Shown here: positions 26,217 to 40,837 of the stretch, piece after piece
How positions within the stretch are numbered: position 1 is the first letter of the stretch
Layout: every line of letters begins with the position of its first letter
Assembly: GCA_003344405.1 (NCBI GenBank)
Contig: NOWV01000026.1
Span: forward strand, 1 to 64,000
DNA: 64,000 nt
Origin: Trichoplax sp. H2
Taxonomy: Eukaryota
Direction of reading: 5' to 3'
Made by a program: the position numbers and the translations under genes
Notes under the pieces: model-generated
Told to the model about the DNA's origin: nothing
Seen by the model: the letters and a program-made list of their open reading frames with translations, nothing else
Database searches by the model: none

Positions 26217-29200
26217 TTAATGTCTGCGGCTTCTCCTGACTTCAAATACTGTAGTATCGTCGTCATCGTCATCCGTCGGTCCAAGCGGAGCCATCTCCAT
26301 ATCAACGCCAGCAATAACACCATAACTTGAATATTATCAACACAAATTACAATATTTAAGACTAAGAATTTAATAACAATTTGTAGCCATGTATCACAAA
26401 ACTAAAAATAGTAGATTTAGTAGAAGCATGAAGGTATAACTGTACCGTGAGCTACTAAAAATTAAAGGATAGCATCTGTATAATATACAACGTCGCAGCT
26501 CATAATAAACTCTTACTGACTAATAAGGGATGATTAAAATCATTAAATGTACTGTACGTATTACTATGAAGTGCCTGGATATTGTGAGAATTGCACATAA
26601 TATTTATTTAGTGCCTTTACACGAGTTTACACTTTATTTGTACTTTACTAGCCTACAACCCGCTTACTTGGAAAACGAGAAGTATTCTATACAACATAGC
26701 ATGTATTACCGTAAATTTACTGAGAACTTCTGCAGCAGACTCAAACCGCAGATAATAGCGCATAAATTCGTACTTACTTGGCAATAGCAGAGTAAAAGTA
26801 CAGTAATATCTAGTGAATCTTATACTATTGTAACAGTATGATTTAAGCCGTGAAATTTTAACGGAAACTAGACAGTAACGCTACGTGAGTCTAAAATAAT
26901 TTCCGAGTTCTAAAGAGTCTGCATATATGTTAACTAGTGTTAATACATTTTATGTCAGTAAATACAGTAGTACAGTACAGTTTATGTAAAATGATACCGT
27001 TTTGTCTTTCGTTTCATTTTTCCAGTGACTGCACGGTATACAAAAAACGCTAGTATAAACACGGAAGCTGCAATGAACTAAAATAATAGACACAACACAA
27101 TAACAACAATAAGTGTAGGAAATTACAGGATGAAAATGCTACATTTGTGTATACTGCCATAGGCAACTAGATACCGCTACTTTCTGTAATCCATGACATT
27201 GCACAGTAAAGTATAAAGACGATAATCTATGAAATTTATGGATTATTACATTACATCTACTCTAGTAATTAAATAAATAAATCATAATTTATCAGTCCCA
27301 ATGGTCAACTCTAACTCTTAGCACTTTTGAAATGTAATACACTACAGTATTGTGTAATCCTATATCCTAAGTCATCCTGTATTTCTTTTTCCTCAAATGC
27401 TAAACTCAAATAACAATTAATTATTATAGTCCTGCTCATATCTTCATAATTAGATATATTTTTATCGTTTAGATCCCCTTATAATGTGTACATTGATACC
27501 ATTTTTGTAACATCTCGCACAATAGGCTTCATTGGCATTGTAATTAAATATCCAATATTGCATTTACAGTTACTTTCGTACGCATATTAGCATAAACACA
27601 CAAATTACAGTATGCTGTTTCGCACAAGACAGAAATATATCACAATTAAGCAGATCAAATAAAGAATTTGCTGTAAATTTAAGTAGGAATGCTCTAGATC
27701 ATCCATTCAATCTTACACTGCTCTATGCAACCGATCCGCGATTTCGCGCATACATGTACTCATGAAGCACTAGTGTGCAATTACCATTTACGGTAGTTAA
27801 TCATTCTAAATCAAGGCCCACTTAACTAAAAACTAAGTTTAGATATTAGAAAGTCATTGGAAAGGAAATAAAACATAGCAGTCAGTATGGTTTCATGGAT
27901 AGTTACAGTTCATGTCAAATCCACTCTGAATTATATTGTAGGTCAGTCGTTTCATAATGATTATATTTCTTGTAAAAAAATGAATCACTGACTTCAACGC
28001 TGATCAAACCGTGAAATAATGCAAAGTAGAATTTCTACATACATTGAATGTTAGACAAGACTACACTTTCACTATTTTGCATACGCGTTTACTGGGTGTG
28101 CGTAATGCTGATATTACAAATAATGTACACTAGAGACCCTATAAGGGTTAGGATCTCTAATGTATACTACTGGCAAGTTCTAACTATAAACTCACTTGAG
28201 ACGCAACAAATATAAGTTTACATTATAATTTGAAATTACCACGTATATAAAAACCATCATCGATACATTTTCTTCGTCACTATCACCACCAGAACCTGGC
28301 GACTTTTGACTGACAGAGCTGGTGACTGTTACTGCTGAGGCGGTAATGGATCTGGTTTCGTCATGAACACTCTTAGTAGCTGCCTTACTAATACTGCTGG
28401 TGATCCTAAGAGATGAAGTTGTAACCGTGATGATCGAAGCGGCATATGTATTTTCCGTCCTACTTAGTGTAGCTGAGAATCTAGACGACTTTGTATCTGA
28501 GGCTACAGCAGAATTCTCACCAATTTTATCTGTTGCCTCTGATAGCATGCCTTGAAATATGGACACTACAGAAGAATAGCAACAAGGAATGATTAAATAA
28601 TTATAAATGACAGAAAAATTATAAGGGGATCCCCATAATAACATAATTATAATTTTAGGAATAAAAGGCAAAGTTGTGATAAAATTAGAATTTATAATTA
28701 AGTAGGCTAGGAGAGCACACATTATTTAAAACTATATATTGTCACGCTGCCTCGTAGATTTCGAAATTCAACTGTAACAGTTAATAAAAACTAATTATAA
28801 CTAATAGGACTAATAATTTACACGTATAGCATAGACCATAGTATAATACACACTAAGCATTCTTACTACAGTCTACACAGCGACTAAAAGTTTAGTCACA
28901 TTTACGTACAGGTTAAGTTTACTTTACAAATCATATTTAATATGTATATACGATCCAATTTTTCGATCATTTTACCGGACGTAGCTGCGTACATATGTAT
29001 TTCAATTAATTGATAGTCAATTTAAATTAATATAATATAATACAATCATTTACGTAACTATTTCTTTATGACAAAAAGCTGCTCAATACTATTGTACTGT
29101 ACATCAAAATATTACCGTACAGTACATCGGCATAGTGTAAACGACGAACGATCGATGCATACATATTAATCAAATTATTCTAGAAAAGACATATTCAACG

Positions 29201-29271
29201 ACATATTGTATAGTTCGAGTACCTATAAGTATCAGAGAAATCTTGCTGATTATTTCTTGTCGTAAAGCCAT
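26217..29271 (-). CDS. FAM174: FAM174 family type-I membrane protein (signal peptide, Ser/Thr-rich stalk, TM, acidic tail), 4 exons
   Basis: Exons 29223-29271, 28240-28550, 26998-27077, 26217-26325 are phase-consistent. TM is MMVFIYVFIAASVFILAFFVY. The tail KTKRYGVIAGVDMEMAPLGPTDDDDDDTTVFEV matches the FAM174 signature (RKTRRYGVL...MELTPLEQDDEDDDNTLFD). Confidence 0.88.
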
Positions 29272-29370
29272 AGATTTGCAGCGACATACGAATATTGTCT
29301 CGCATACCAGTAAGGCGCGTCTCCTTCGGTACTGAGGTGACAGTGGTGGTAAATTCGAAACATTCGACAG

Positions 29371-29782
29371 ATACTGCTACTGTACTGTACAGTACGCTAC
29401 TATACTACTACACAGTGTACAGTACTGTATTCTGAAGGTTTAACCATACTGTACAGTGTACAGTACACTGTACAGTAGTACAGTACAGTACTGTATTATA
29501 CTGTACTGTACAGTACGTACAGTACAGTACAGTGTACTGTAGTGTACTGTTTCGATATCATTGCACTACTACTAGTGTACTGTACTGTACACTGTACAGT
29601 ACAGTACTGTACAGTAAGTAGTAATGCGAAACAAGGAGGAATCAATAAAATTACAGTACTGCACTAACACAGTACAGTACAACGACTTTTCGTACGGTGG
29701 CTGCAGTACTGTGCAGTACAGTAAAGACATCGGACTATCGGAGTCAAACATCACTCCGAACTACAGTACTGTACTGTACTAG
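29371..29782. repeat. TACAG/TACTG pentamer array in the FAM174/PSMD12 divergent promoter
   Basis: Dense tactgtacagta repeats at 29378-29615 and 29652-29782. Confidence 0.92.
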
Positions 29783-29889
29783 TGGAAATCTAAATTGCAA
29801 TCGAAACTCAAGCGTGGAGTAGCAGTCGTACATTTTATTAAACCTTATCTGCGATATAGAATAGAAAATTTAAAATTTCTGTAATCTTA

Positions 29890-32447
29890 ATGATGGAGGT
29901 GGATATTACCCAAAATTCTAATGAAAAGTTGCAAGAATGTGAAAAACTTGCTAAAGTAAGTGTTATTAGATCTAAGAGATTGTGCTACTACAATAATACA
30001 GTACAATAATCTCTTATTCTAAACGATTTAAATTTTTTTACTTCAACTTTAGGAAGGTAAATTAAATGAAGCTTTAGAAATTCTGTATGTTATTGAAAAA
30101 CATGCTAGGACGGTAAGAAATTAACTTCACCTAACCACAGTGCCGTGCTGTGAGGATTCTACATATCTTTTAATACTATAAGTGTAAAATTTCCACATTA
30201 TCTTCGGGTCACTCTGCTTACTGTAACAAAAGAAAGATCAGTTCTCAAGTTACTTTTAATTTTTATGAAAAAGTCTGTAAGAGCAGACAATTATTCCCTT
30301 ACAATTTTAAATTTTTCGCAAATACATACTCGGTTTTCTTATAAGTGAAAAGTTAGTCCTAAATAAGAATACTGCAGATTTGCACTCATGGTTAGAGCAA
30401 TACAGTATATACTGTATATTATTATATAATCCATTCCGGACTTGATGTACTGTACTCTACGTGTACAGTACAGTACTGCATAACGAAGCTAGAATATTTC
30501 TAATCAAACACCTCCTTAGCCTAATATCTAGATTCTAAGCAGAGATAATTGTCAACTTATTATGTATCTTTGCTGATATTAACTAACTCTAGGCTTGTGA
30601 TGCCCCTGCAACAGCTCGTATATTAGTTTCTATAATTAGACTTTGCTTCCAGGCAGCGGAATGGGATATGCTGAACGAAAACATCGTCTTGTTAACCAAA
30701 AGACGAAGTCAGTTGAAACAGGTATTAATAACATGTTAAACTTAAACCAATCAAGATTTGATGGTACGCCCTCTAGATGAATATCATATATAATTATTTT
30801 TCTGCTAATGCTTATATCTAAATGTCTACGTATAGGCTGTTGCTAAAATGGTTCAAGAAGCCTTCACCTTCGTCGATCAAACGCCCGCTGGGGCAATTAA
30901 ATTAAAATTAATTGAGGTTTTGAGACAAGTAACGGATGGGAAGGTGAGATGTAATTTATATTTTGAATTGTTCCGAATTCCTCGATGCAACTACTATATC
31001 TTTATGATGATTAACTAAAACGCAGATCTACGTTGAAGTTGAAAGAGCAAGACTGACTAGAATACTATCTGAGATGAAGGAAAAGGAAGGAAATATCGAT
31101 GAAGCAGCTCGATTATTACAAGAATTGCAAGTTGAAACATACGGCTCTATGGACAAGCGTGAAAAAGTGGAATTTATTTTAGAACAGATGCGTCTTTGCC
31201 TTACCAGGAAGGATTACATTCGTGCGCAAATCATCAGCAAAAAAATCAGCCGTAAATTTTTCGCAAATGACGAGGCACAAGTAAATCATCATTCTCTTCT
31301 TTCGTTAGCGACATACTGAAGGCTACTAGATTTTTTTAATTTTCTTATAAATCATAGGATTTAAAGTTGAAGTTTTACGAATTGAGTATAAGCCTTGCTG
31401 AAGCTGATTCCGCTTATATTAAAGTATGCCAGTACTATTCAGAAATTTATAATACGCCGATAATTAGGGAATCTGAAAACAAGTGGAAAGAGGTAACAGA
31501 GATGAACTTCTGATGTAATTGCAAATTTAGATCTGAACCTTTTGCGAACAGTCTTTTTTGATATATAATTACGACAAATGCTAGGCCTTACAAAAGATGG
31601 TAATATATGGTATATTGACTCCCTCGAGTCACGACCAGAAGCAAATGATACTTCGCATCAGTCAAGATAAAAATCTAGAAAAGATTTTGAAATATAAGTA
31701 AGATGTTAATTCTTGTTGGTCACAATTTTCGAACGTCTTCATCAATGCAGTACTATTCTATACGATGTTAATATCGTTGGTACTAACCAAACAATTTCTT
31801 GTACCTAGAGAGTTACTGGACTGTTTCATTAGTCAAGAAATCGTACTTTGGAATTCCATTACAACGAGGTTTCAAGAAGTAATTTTAAAAGGCTGCGAAG
31901 AATCGCCTAACACGAATCTCTTTGAGACTGATACAGATGACGGTCGAAAGCGATGGGCGAGTCTTAAAGAGAGAGTAGTGGAACATGTCAGTTTCGATTT
32001 TATTCAAGCTTCGGAATATTTTATTGATAAGATAATTACAACGACCTAATATTTATACATTGCTAACTTTCAGAATATAATCGTGATAGCAAGTTACTAT
32101 ACTTCAATCAAACTGGGTCGACTAGCTGAACTATTACATTTAACGGTTGCGGTATGTATTTTTTAGTTATCCAATCTTATTTTTGATTATTAAAAATATC
32201 GTTATGTTGGAGATAGGAAACAGAAACATTTATATCAAATCTGGTCATTTCAAGAACTATATTTGCCAGAATTGACAGACCTGCTGGCATTGTAAATTTT
32301 ATTAAGATTTGCGAGCCAGATCTGAAGCTGAATGAATGGTCTACGAAAACACGTAACCTAATGGGTTTAATAAATAAAACGACCTACATGATTAACAGGG
32401 AAGAAATGCTTAAGGCGAAGGGTAATAACCTCATCCTAACAGATTAA
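29890..32447 (+). CDS. PSMD12: 26S proteasome lid subunit Rpn5, about 12 exons
   Basis: MMEVDIT...[69 protein letters not shown] and PCI-domain [14 protein letters not shown]...[13 protein letters not shown]. Stop at 32445-32447. Confidence 0.97.
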
Positions 32448-34408
32448 ACTCCTATCTGAAACGACATTTTTATCATTAATTCCTGTTTATGATATCATAG
32501 TGTATAGTTATGGAATTGAAGTTTATTCTTGAGTTCATTAACACATATCTATGTTTTATACGCGCTTTACGCAATTGTTAATCCTAGAAGTAGCAGCTCA
32601 GAGCTAACAATCAACTGTTACATGATAGCTCTGAGGTAGTTATTCTCTTTTCAGAACGATACAACAGGACTTAAGTATAATTTATGGGTTTTGTTACAGT
32701 ATGGTATATAGTTGACTGATCTAGCGCTAATTGTTCACAGTAGGGTAGTGTGTTCTAGGACAGGTAATAAAATGCTTGCTTAAGCCTTGAATTCCTATGC
32801 TCTTAAAAGTTATATGTGTACAGTGTAGCACGCATGTAACTACCATACGTAACTGGTATGTAAGAAAATAACAGCTGTTATAGAGCGCACCGCTATATGC
32901 AGTATGTGTAGCGGGAACGCTATAAAATTAAGAAAAACTATTAAGTAAATTTTGGGGCAATTACAGCTTCAGTATAGCATAAATTGAGATTAATTCAATT
33001 GAAAGTCTCCTATCAATTTAAAAGTAAAAATAATTAGAATTATCGACAGTTTAATAGTCATATAGATCAGAAGACTAGCAAAGAAGCGGTCAGATATTAA
33101 ATCGAAAATGTGACTTAGTAAATTGCACTATTTCTATGAATTAATAGTTGAAAACTTCAGCTACTTACCCTGTGTAATATCGTTTCCACAGTAATTTTAG
33201 TCCACAGAGGAATCCAGTACTATAAAAGCTTTTTATTACAAGGTTCTAAAGAATAGTACAGCAATAATTAATTACTCACAAGAATCTAGTCTAAAGTAAT
33301 CTGAGCTCAATTAGATATCAAATCTTTTCTCCTCCTTTACGCTCAGATTTGTACACCTTATATACTTTTCTCTGAATCTATTTAAGGCAATAACATCGTC
33401 TACAATCAGACATGAATCATCACTACATTTTACAGTATTAATCAAACTGCTTACAATATTATTACTTTACCATTAATGTCCAACACCGTAAGGTATTGGG
33501 CATCTTTACAATCTTAGTATTTCAAGTCGTATAACGTCCTGTACCATAATTAGTTAACAGCTATATTAGTGAATAACACTTTCTAATATAGTAGTTACCA
33601 GTCACCTAAATCTAGCAGCACAAGAATATCTATTTTTAGAAACTTAACTATTCTAAATATAGTACACAACACAATCAAATATAGCTATCGCTACAAGCAA
33701 ATATAGGGTGCATCACTACACCCTGTTACCTTATTAATATTCAATAAGTAGGTGAGCTGATCTGCCTACTTTTCTAAATGCAATTGCAAATTCAGTGAGA
33801 CTTACGCAGACCTACCGTACATGACCCAATACGATCGAGCATCTTATCGAAATACTATGTTATCTGTACTTAATGCTAACTTTCGCAGGATGTTCGAACT
33901 AGACTTCAACTACCAATAAACGGTGGACAGTAAAATTATTATGCGCTACATCAAAATTAATAGACAACACTTGAAACGAATAGAAACCAAACTGCCGAAA
34001 CGCTAAGCCACTAGAACGCTTTGCACTACGTGTAGTTATTTATTTTAAAATTACTGATACAATAGTAGGTAATCCTTGACAGCAGGACGTTATCCTTTTA
34101 TTATTTTATAAGTAAAAACTGATACAGGTCACAAGTTCAGTAATCTTGTTTCAGTGGCTGTACATAAATACAACAATGTACTGCAATCTATAACAAATTT
34201 CCTATTCATTAAAATAGGTATTGGTGGTAGACCATGATAAGACGACGTCATGATTTAAACAAACTTTGCATAATGTGCACGAGGTAACATTCGGGAATCG
34301 CACATACCGAATGTTACCATATATACAATATTATACTCTCTTGAATGCTTAATAACAATTAAACAAAACCAAAGATGGGGGTTGAAATATTGTTTCAATT
34401 GTCAGAAT

Positions 34409-37400
34409 TTAGCCGGATAAAAATGTAGATACAAAAACTGTAGTTTTCATATTGATCGTTGCATGCCACCAGCCACTTGGAACATAAATTATCTGTACAG
34501 TCAGATAAAAGGAAAAATAGAAATACCATTAAGCACAAATGATATTATACTTTTGATTATTAGAAAACTGATCTGCATTGCCCTAAACTTGACATATGAA
34601 TATAAAAAAATAAAGATTTCTCGCTATCATTTATGGATATTTATAAGCTTGGCATTGTCTTGAAAGTTCTACTTCATGGGCTATATATGATTAATTATAA
34701 TGCTCTGCAGCATAGGCATGTGGTCAATTAAGTTCCGTCTTAAAGCATTGTCAGTACAACAGTAAAAACCCAGCACAAAGAAAGTCAATGCGATGCATCT
34801 TTTGAATTACAATAATTTGCCATCTTATTAATATGAGAAGTAATAGTATATCAGACAGAACATATTGGTGTAACTTCATTTGTAATTTGCAAATGCAAAA
34901 AAGTTGAGAATTCCGAGTATACATGACTAGGTATTGTGTTTATATACTTCTTGATAGTACTGCATACAGCTACAGCACAATAATCTCAGATTCGGTAGAT
35001 ACGACAAAGGCTTCTAAAGTGCAGCTCCTCACAATTGACTGAGATGAAATAGATTTGCTCATTTTATGGCGATAACGTAATCGGATTACTATACATTGAC
35101 ATCTTCGCCATGCTAGCACCCCGCTGCTTATTAGCCGCAAGAGCTAAACTGAAGGCTACATAAGCGTATAACTGACCATCATTAAATTAACTTAATCCTA
35201 TTTGCTAGCTTAACAGATTCAGTACTATTACTACTATACAACCATAACAACATTTAGGATTGATGATAACGCTTGAATCACTGATTTCAAAAATTATTGT
35301 GGTAACCGGTATCATCTCATGAGATAATATTGGATCACATTACGTGTATAGTCGTACCCATCAACCATCAGCAAAGCGATCCGTAAATACTAGTACAAAT
35401 ATAATTGGTGAATGACCAAGCGAGATTCTCATACCTCGTTCGGTTCTACTGAACATTCAAAGGGTTGTTCATTGATGTTTAACTTTGTATACTGGCAGGT
35501 AAGCCATTGGAGTGTTGTTTGGTTGGGATCAAATTGCGGTTTACGATTAGGAGGGTATAGAAGCCAGTGCTAAAATAATAATCAAGTAATATTGCATTTA
35601 GATTATTGTGTGAATCGAAGGTGAAAAAGTAACTGTAAATTACTGCAGTAATAAAAAAATAGCATGTGCACACTTTACGTAAATTTTAAACTTTAAATTA
35701 TCTGTTAGTATATAATTCTAATTCCAAACAGGCTAACCAAGTAATCATATTTTAGACTATTAGGTACTTCAAATCCTAATGTTGTACCGATAACTAAAAA
35801 AATGAACTTGACTAGCATATTTCTAAACATTAAAGTCTAGAATCATAAACTGTCCGCAGATATGATAATAACACATGAGCTTAATCTAGCCTTTTTTCCA
35901 TGGAGAGTTTCACTGAATACAGGTCCATGAAAATGAAAAGGTACTCCGCTACCAGGACCTACAGACAGAAAAAATCCTACACATATATAACCTAATCTTC
36001 CATATAAAACTTGCTACGTTTTAGTTACCATAGTAATCTAGTCTAGTAGATCACATAAAAGTAAATCTAAGCATTTATCAACTGTTATAAAGTATATTTA
36101 TTATTATACTATTATGAAAAATAAAACTGTTAAAAGAAAAAGTAGTATTAAAATTGCACGTAAATCTCACCCGCAATACCAAAACTTAGCATTGAGGTAA
36201 AGCCAGGGATATTATATGGCGGCTTATAATAGTAGGAAAACAGCGTTTTCCATTCCGTATGGTTATTGTCTCCAAAGAAATAATATGTGTCTGATAATTA
36301 TAATATAGTATAACAAAGTTGCTATGATCAGAAAACGCAGGCACAACATTAGAACGTATTAATTTAGATCAAGCAGTAATATCATAGAGTTAGGTGTGAT
36401 ATCATTTAAATTCGCAAGGAAATGATTCGCTAGTTTGATACTTTCTCAAAGCTAAAGTAATATAATTGTTTCTAAAATACGCAGTTGTACATTGATATTA
36501 TAAAATAATATCTAACTACAGTACTAGAAATTCCGGTGCGGTAAGCTTAAAAATATTCCTACCTACGCCCAGTTCTTCCAGGCTTTGCGGTTTGATATAG
36601 TTGTTAACATAATTTGATAAGGTGGTATCAACTATAGCATAATTGGAAAGGTACTATTAATAAGAAAGTGACATAATTTGGGAATTTTACATATAGGATA
36701 TAAAAATATTTTGTGCATAGGTAGTTATGGAGTAAACTTTTGCGCAGCTGTCGTAACATAAATTCCATAAGAAAACTTATCTACTGTCAATTGCTATGCA
36801 TAGTAAATTAAATTAGTAGATTCGGCTTCAAGCTATGAATGAATGCTTTATTGAAAGCTGGCTAGGCTTTTAATAAATAGTAGCTTCGTAAATGCTGATA
36901 CGGTAAAGGAGTTGATAATTAAGCGGTAATGTACGATGCACAGCAGTACGCAATCCGGGACTACAGAGAGAGAGTAGTACTGTACCCTGACGTAATCCAT
37001 ATCAAACGGTATAGATAAGATGTAAACGAGCATAGTATACAGCCAATCTACATCACCTTTTTCCTACTAACCAATGATAAACACTAAACAAGCAAACAAA
37101 CGCATAAGAATACTTATTAAATGGCGCAATGTAACAAATATAAACTGCTAATGCATTTATTTGTAAGTAACATGGATTCGGCATTACTACACGGCCACAC
37201 CTAGCAGTACGAACATTATCATTTGCATCAAACTTGAACCCTTCCGTTTTGCGTTGGTGTATGACTGATGTAGATCATCGTGATACTCTGCTTTAATGAG
37301 ACTAGAGTTGTATTACTGTTCCTCCTGACGATAGGGGATCGTCAGTATTTAGAGTCGTACTGTAGGCAAATATCAGGGAGGATAAACCTGATAGTAGGAT

Positions 37401-39499
37401 CATAGTGTTAATTTCTGTAATAGTTTTAATCTGCCTCGTTACAAATTTCGATTTGTAACACAGATATATGGGCACCAGATTAGAAATAGTTGTCCAAAAA
37501 TGCTGTATTGTATTTTTAATGGCATGTTGCATCTCTGAGTGAACATAAAGTTAATTCGTAAACATTTCAAACTAAGTACACCCGGCCTTGACGTTCTATG
37601 TACTACAATACCTCCAGCAGAATACCCTTCTCTTCATCTATACGTGGTAGCTACGAATGAATATAATTCTGAAGCTACAACATTAGCCAATCGATAACTA
37701 TAAATCTATAGCATAGTCGTTGGGTATTAAAATACAGCTTGCAAAATAAAGTCAGTGAATATATCACTCAACCGGGATATTTTAACTTAGAATAATAATA
37801 CTGTGAACATTTACTGTTCAAATTCCTTCGATAATTAATTTTATCAACTAATTACAAATTAATGACTGCGATAAAATGCTGGCATAGACAAAGCTTAAAT
37901 CTACCCGAGTTAGTGTTTTAATACTACCATATTCATCATTTTACTAATCACGCCACCATCAACCAGTCACCAAATCAGGAACTGTTTCATCATGATCATT
38001 ATACACGTATCATCACTGACACAATAGATTTGTACGAAGTTGTGTATACGATCCTCTAATCCGCCAGTTGCATAAGGATTTACGTACTACAATCTTAGAT
38101 TTCAAATTTACAATTACATAAAAGTAAAGTGGTTGTACAAAATAGCACTCAACAAATTGATTAAAAATTAAAAATTAGATATATAGTATGAGAGTAGTAA
38201 CGAGGATTAGTACAAGTCTAAGTCTTCGAAACATAAGCGCATTTTTTAACATCATTTTAAATACACTTTATCGCAACCTAATTTCGTTTGTAAGCCTTAC
38301 ATTTATTATAGGAATAGGTATTGGCAGAGCTTAGTCGAATAATTTTCGTTCCATATTTTGATAACAATTGCTTGCGAGAAGTAAAATTTCTTAACACCTG
38401 AACATGAAATAACAGGTCTAAAGTAACCGTAATTAAGAGATTTAATGGGTTCCCTGGGTGACCCGAACCACAATATATATATTTTATTAATTATAGTTAG
38501 ATATACGCAGTTTTAATTTCTGCACTATATAAATGGTACTACATATCCGCAATGCAATATTACTATTATATCCATGATGGATGAAACTATCGCAAGAAAT
38601 CGTCATTGTTCGTATGAGCCAGTTATATTATATTATACATTACAGTAAATACTACGGTAGCTCATTTCGTGAAGTATTTCAGATACGCTTTTCCCTTCGA
38701 CTTTCGTTAACAGTACAAAGCAAAAAACGTTTATATAAAATTTAAGCCAATCTAATAAATTAGATAATTCGTAGACCTTGCCGATTTGACCAAAATTTCA
38801 TGTATAAAAGTTTTGCATTATACTGCTGACAAAGATCGACGAGAAAAGTTTGTCTAAAAAATTCTATTAATAAGATTAAACACGTTCACAATCTGTATAA
38901 ATTTATAAGATAATAAGTGTTATTTTGACTAACCTGGTTATTCACTGCTTTACGCAATATCACGGGCCTTCTGTTAGCGTATCTGTAAATATCAACACCC
39001 TCAGCTTTATCCAGATGCATAAAATGTAGTCTTACTAACTGTAAATTGCAAACATTATCTTATCGTCCATTGCCTACTTTAGTTACCCTCCTCCTTATAG
39101 TACCTGGTTAAAAACTCTTCTTGTTCTATAAGTGTATCTAAAACTTCGATATTACATTTCCTTGTTAAATTTGAGTAATCAATGGGTCCTTTTGGTGTAT
39201 ACCTAAAGAGAAATGATTGCAAATCTGCGAAATCAGATCTTTCATCCAATATCAATATCACAAATATGGCTGCAGCCGTCATGATTAACATACTCAAATG
39301 TGCAGTACAATACTATACTGATCAAAAATTTAAAATGCAATACAGTAATTATAATTTACCAGCCTCCATTATCCTCTATGCTTTGATAATAACGATGAAA
39401 ATCGTTTCCCAAACTAGGTTTAACAGTTAATACAATCAATACTACAGACAAAAATATCAAAGAAGCGCTCGAAAAGAATTTTCGATTTGAAACATCCAT
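34409..39499 (-). CDS. JMJD8: JmjC domain-containing protein 8 with signal peptide, 9 exons
   Basis: MDVSNRKFFSSASLIFLSVVLIVLTVKPSLG (signal) ...EDNGGW, KCNIEV, RPVIL, IRLSSANTYSY, YYFFGDNNHTEW, SFGIAGPGSGVPFHFHGPVFSETLHGKKHWLLYPP, WWHATIN...VFVSTFLSG* are all collinear with JMJD8. Confidence 0.93.
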
Positions 39500-39709
39500 G
39501 AGCTTCACTGCAGCTATGAGACAAAGATAAATTTAAAAAAACTTCAAAAAGTATACTGTACAGTATGCGGTAGGCAGTCTGTACCTCTATTATTTTACTC
39601 ACTGTCAGTTAATTCAAAATAAAATTTAATTTATTTATTTATTTATTAGAGATAGCTCTGTATAACCGTCGCTTTGGTGTTAAAATTTTCTGTATCAACC
39701 AACATGACG

Positions 39710-39982
39710 TTACAGTGTAATGTACGGTAGCTCACGGTAAAGTCAACACTACATACCGTACTGTACACTAAGTAATACTGTACTGTACACTGTACAGTAC
39801 TGTAAATCACTACTACTAATTTTTTAAATAACATCTACAATCTTGTATAACTATTTCCAAGCAGAACTTAGTAAGAGATAATAAGATTCAACATAATATT
39901 ACCTAAAACTTGGAAAAAGTCAGCCAATTTAAAATCGACCGTCTACATACTACTGTACAGTAAAGTACAGTATTGTACTATC
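39710..39982. repeat. Weaker TACAG/TACTG patch upstream of JMJD8
   Basis: For example tactgtactgtacactgtacagtactgta at about 39776-39804 and tactgtacagta at 39951-39962. Confidence 0.75.
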
Positions 39983-40837
39983 ATATCAAAGTGTTTTGCA
40001 CAATATTTTGACAGGGACCACTAAAGTAAAAATGTTATCCCTTATTTAGAAAACAGTTACGAAAGATCCATACTAAGTAGCCATTTTTCGATATTTACAA
40101 TCTCATCTGGTTAGAAAAGTTCGTCTGTCTGAGGGGGTGATCAGTTCAGGTCTTCTAGAAGTCCATGACTATACAATGCTCATAGCAATGACGAAATTTA
40201 AATTAAATGAGACGCCAAACTCAAAATACACGTTCTCTTTCACGAATTAGCTTTTCTCCTCGATCAAATAGTTATCGTTTGATTATAATTATCTAAACCA
40301 TTATGTTATATAGCATTTTTATCAAGTAGTTTGACTAAAAAATAATGAAATATCAAACGTGCACTGTTATACTAGATTAAGTGTAGAGCTTACAATCGCC
40401 CTCATTCGTAGATAAGATGATTCAGATGATTTATCGTTATCAACTACCAAGACACAACAGTAGGGTTGGGGTAAATGTATATATTATATATATATTTTAT
40501 TAATCCACATCGACATTTATTTTTTATAACTATCTGCGTTACTGTTGTGCACAATCTTACATCAGTAATACTGTACTGTATTAAAAGTACACAAGTTTTT
40601 AAATGCAACCCGATTATCTTCTTTTTTTTCAGAACTAGTTGTACATAACGGACAATTAGACAACGATCCCTAGACAAGTTTTTATTAATAAAAATCGAAG
40701 TTATCAAATCAACTAAATCAGTAAAGTAGCGAATTAGCTAGCATATCCGAATAGACACTAGAGCAATTGATCAAAGATTAGTCCTTAAATACACAGAACT
40801 ATAACAATATGAACAGAAATTTCTGTTTACATAATTA

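Noticed and set aside
37325..37345. ctgacgat/atcgtcag 8-bp hairpin in a JMJD8 intron
   Set aside because: Too short to exceed chance in 64 kb, with no TSD or snoRNA boxes.
39203..39297. Hydrophobic N-terminus of ORF 39079-39297 as the JMJD8 start
   Set aside because: It is intron read-through. The upstream exon 39360-39499 supplies a signal peptide and the conserved DxGGW motif in correct phase.
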